Origin: an uncultured Nitrospiraceae bacterium
GTDB taxonomy: Bacteria > Nitrospirota > Thermodesulfovibrionia > Thermodesulfovibrionales > Dissulfurispiraceae
Assembly (NCBI GenBank): GCA_963727805.1
Contig: CAVSHF010000005.1
Coordinates: 1,177,790 to 1,241,789 of the forward strand
DNA: 64,000 nt
Direction of reading: 5' to 3'
Shown here: positions 61,561 to 64,000 of the stretch, one piece after another
Position numbering within the stretch: position 1 is the stretch's first letter
Layout: each line of letters opens with the position of its first letter
Translations under genes and position numbers: made by a program
The notes under the pieces: model-generated
What the model saw: the letters and a program-made list of their open reading frames with translations, nothing else
What the model was told of the DNA's origin: nothing
Database searches by the model: none

Positions 61561-62998
61561 GTGAAAAAATATCTCGTAATAGCACTCGCAGTAATGTTTG
61601 TGCTGGGCTTTGCGGCTAGCTCCTTTGCTATCCACGCAGAGATCCCTGCAGAGACACAGGCAGTCGTAGGCGGCTGGCCTACCCAGATCACCATCGGCGG
61701 TGAGATCAGGGTCCGCGGTTTATACCAGAGCAACGCCGCACAATTTCGACAGAACGTCACAGACAGCTGGCGACGTAGCTAAGTATGACGAAAGGGTAAG
61801 ACTCCAGGTCGAAGCCAAGGTCACTCCGAATACCACAGGATTGATCCAGATTGAAGCCGGTAATGACAGCGGTACTTCTCAGGATATTACAAACTGGGGT
61901 TCCGAACCGAGTGGTGCGACTGGTACTCTCAAATTCTCGAACGGCAAACAGAATTCCATGAAGGTGCTTCAGGCCTGGATTCTGCACCAGGGCACTGGAC
62001 TTCTCAGCGTTCCCGCGCTTGTTAAAGTTGGACACATGCCGATCCAGATCGGCCCGAATGGTCTGTTCTATGAGCACACCAAATTCGGCGATGACGCCAT
62101 TCTCTTCGGCGTTGACCCTGTCAAAGGCATGCACTTAATACTGGGCACAGTAAAACTGACAGAAAATTCTACATCCTTGAACGATGACGTTAATGCTTAT
62201 ACGTTCATCGGCTCTTATGAAATCATGAAAGACACCGTAGTCGGGCTCGATCTGACATACGCTGATGGTCAGAATCTTGCCCATGACAGTTCATTTGGTC
62301 CCGTTATTAATGACCCGTCCCTTCATCTTTGGAACTTAGGCCTAAACGGAAAGACCAGAATTGTTGGTCTCGGTATAGCTGGCGAGTTGGACCTCCAGAA
62401 CGCCAAGATTAATGACCTTGGTAACAGCACGGCCGACGACAAGTTCAACGCTTGGGCTGCAAAAGTAGATTTAGACTACAAGATCAACCCCGTCACTCTG
62501 ATGCTCGGATGGGCGTACGGTTCGGGCAATAACAACGCCTCAGGATTAGGCCGCAAAGATTTTGTCACCTCCCAGAGCAACATTCAGCACTTCACGTTCA
62601 TTTATGAATACATCGTCCCGAACGCAGCAGGCAACGGAAGCGGCGGTCTCCAGAACACGTGGTTCCTGAAGGCTGGCGCAAAGGCCGACATCGTGAAGAA
62701 CCTCGATGCTATGGTCAACGTTTACTACCTCAGGGCTATAAACGGCTACATGAAGGAATTCGACATGACTGGCCAAAATACCGATACTAGTGGCATCGGA
62801 AAAAGCAAGGCTATCGGTACTGAAGCTGACTGGATAGTCAACTACCATATCGACAGGAACCTGACGTACTATGTTGAGGGCGGCTACCTCTTCGCAGGCA
62901 ACTTCGAGAAGGGCGTAACCCCGCTTGATGCTTCAGGCCACCACTTGAGCCCCGATAATGCTTGGGCGATTAGGCACGGCATCCAGCTGAGCTTCTAA
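61561..62998 (+). pseudogene. Outer-membrane beta-barrel porin (alginate-export/OmpJ-like), frameshifted near 61735
   Basis: Signal peptide and 'TQITIGGEIRVRG' in ORF 61561-61782; barrel ('YDERVRLQVEAKV', 'IGTEADW', C-terminal 'GIQLSF') in a different frame (61700-62998); true pseudogene or sequence error. Confidence 0.75.
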
Positions 62999-63039
62999 TT
63001 TGACAATACGCTATGCCTAAAGCATAACGCGATGTAACT

Positions 63040-63073
63040 AAAAAAGGCTGTCCGAAAGGGCAGCCTTTTTTTT
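63040..63073. terminator. Intrinsic terminator after porin
   Basis: AAAAAAGGCTGTCC-GAAA-GGGCAGCCTTTTTTTT. Confidence 0.88.
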
Positions 63074-63460
63074 GTTTCTGTATGTGCGCAACAAGTAGCG
63101 TCCTTACGAATCATCAAATACCTGCACAGCAGATTCTATTTGCAGTCTTGGCGTGACGTTCGAAAAAGCGTGTTGATTTGACTCTGACATCGCCATCGAA
63201 ACGTTGGCAATATCATCTTGCAATTGACTTACTAATAGATTCGCTTATGTCTACGACACGACTTTCAAGCAAAGTGATGTCATCATCTCTAAGATTCTTC
63301 GCAGCCGCCTTCACTGAGAACCGGGCCAAGAGTTGGTTACAATGGACGTGGACGATAGCGTTTTGCTCAGGCCTGCATCTGCGTTTCCATTGACATCACT
63401 CCGAGAAGTCGAGAATTTCTTCCTTCTACGGGCAGAGCTAAAACCGTTCCTAAACATATG

Positions 63461-63661
63461 TGGTGGAGCCTTCAAAACGGCTCCACCATCGTTAAACACT
63501 CAGATACGCCAGCCGAACAGTGTTGCTGACTTCCGCCAAGGGTTTTCCCTTGGAACCCGGCGAACCATCCACAGCGAGTGAAGGCCCTGCCACTGTGGAT
63601 AGAGGTAATCCTCTTGCCGAGTCGCTCGCTTGCCGGCTACCGGAGCGTTGCTTCTCTCGGC
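63461..63661 (-). other. Cluster of six consecutive hairpins in ORF-less DNA (candidate structured RNA or ssDNA element)
   Basis: Stems TGGTGGAGCC/GGCTCCACCA, AACACT/AGTGTT, CCAAGGG/CCCTTGG, ATCCACAG/CTGTGGAT, AGAGG/CCTCT, GCCGAG/CTCGGC. Confidence 0.45.
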
Positions 63662-64000
63662 CACGCACAAGCATTCGTGAGACAACACACCAATCAGACT
63701 AGACATGTCTGCCGCGATTCCTTACTAACTCGAACCGTATGCAACCAGCCCTACAATACTATGCCTAAGCGCCAATACTCTGTATCTTGCCCAATCTCAG
63801 ACATGCAGCGGTTTCGTATCTTTTGATCGCAAATTCGGACAAAAGGCTTCGCGTAAGGCATCGTGTAAGGTCTGCGAACTTAGTATTGTCGAACTGTTTT
63901 GGTGCGATAATTCTAAGCGAACTCAACGATCACGGCGTGATAAATCACGTCATACAAATTCATAATACACGGGCGCCCCTGTGGTTGTCCCTGCGTCAAT

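Noticed and set aside
63491..63530. HEARO/omegaRNA-like GTTAAACA...GAACAGTGTTGCTGAC, and a GTGCG group II intron start at about 63668 (minus)
   Set aside because: The pairing partners, intron domain V and any IscB or RT ORF are absent in the window.
63550..63600. Cobalamin riboswitch-like words (GGAACCCGGCGAA...CCCTGCCACTGT)
   Set aside because: The required pairing and the downstream B12 box are missing, and no gene follows in that orientation.
63730..64000. Faint resemblance to a REP palindrome (63971-63992) and the start of a RAYT transposase on the minus strand
   Set aside because: It needs many indels to read as protein and is too degenerate to support without a search.

Overview
Chromosomal window from a sulfate/sulfite-reducing bacterium. 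It is most likely Nitrospirota (Thermodesulfovibrionia-like), inferred from the DsrAB/DsrD type, gene content and rRNA; this was not checked by a search. The first 14 kb hold a complete reductive-type dsr locus on the minus strand (dsrA, dsrB, dsrD, cold-shock insert, dsrN, a Zn/HEAT-repeat gene, dsrC, dsrT, dsrMKJOP, ferredoxin), converging on a DsrE-family/TusA pair. Next come smc, a GlcD-like FAD oxidase and small accessory genes. A sco-coxA-coxC-coxD-coxB-cyoE oxidase cluster (A2 type) is followed directly by sorAB sulfite dehydrogenase and a small cytochrome c. Then come a decayed SCO/cytochrome c pseudogene pair and housekeeping genes (hemB, IscA/HesB, lptFG, class IV aminotransferase, GTP-PEPCK divergent from pyruvate carboxylase, M50 protease, trpS, bioA, LysM). 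The standout is a fully delimited 2,632-bp insertion element (50025-52656). It has 24-bp terminal inverted repeats and a 9-bp target duplication, encodes an unusually long 599-aa IS1-related transposase with an apparent D-D-D triad plus two tiny passenger ORFs, and sits exactly in the loop of a bidirectional intrinsic terminator between lysM and rpoD. The rest of the window holds rpoD, a 16S-23S operon with no spacer tRNA and no linked 5S, tRNA-Val(CAC), a TPR protein, ugd, a frameshifted porin gene, and an ORF-less tail with a dense run of hairpins.
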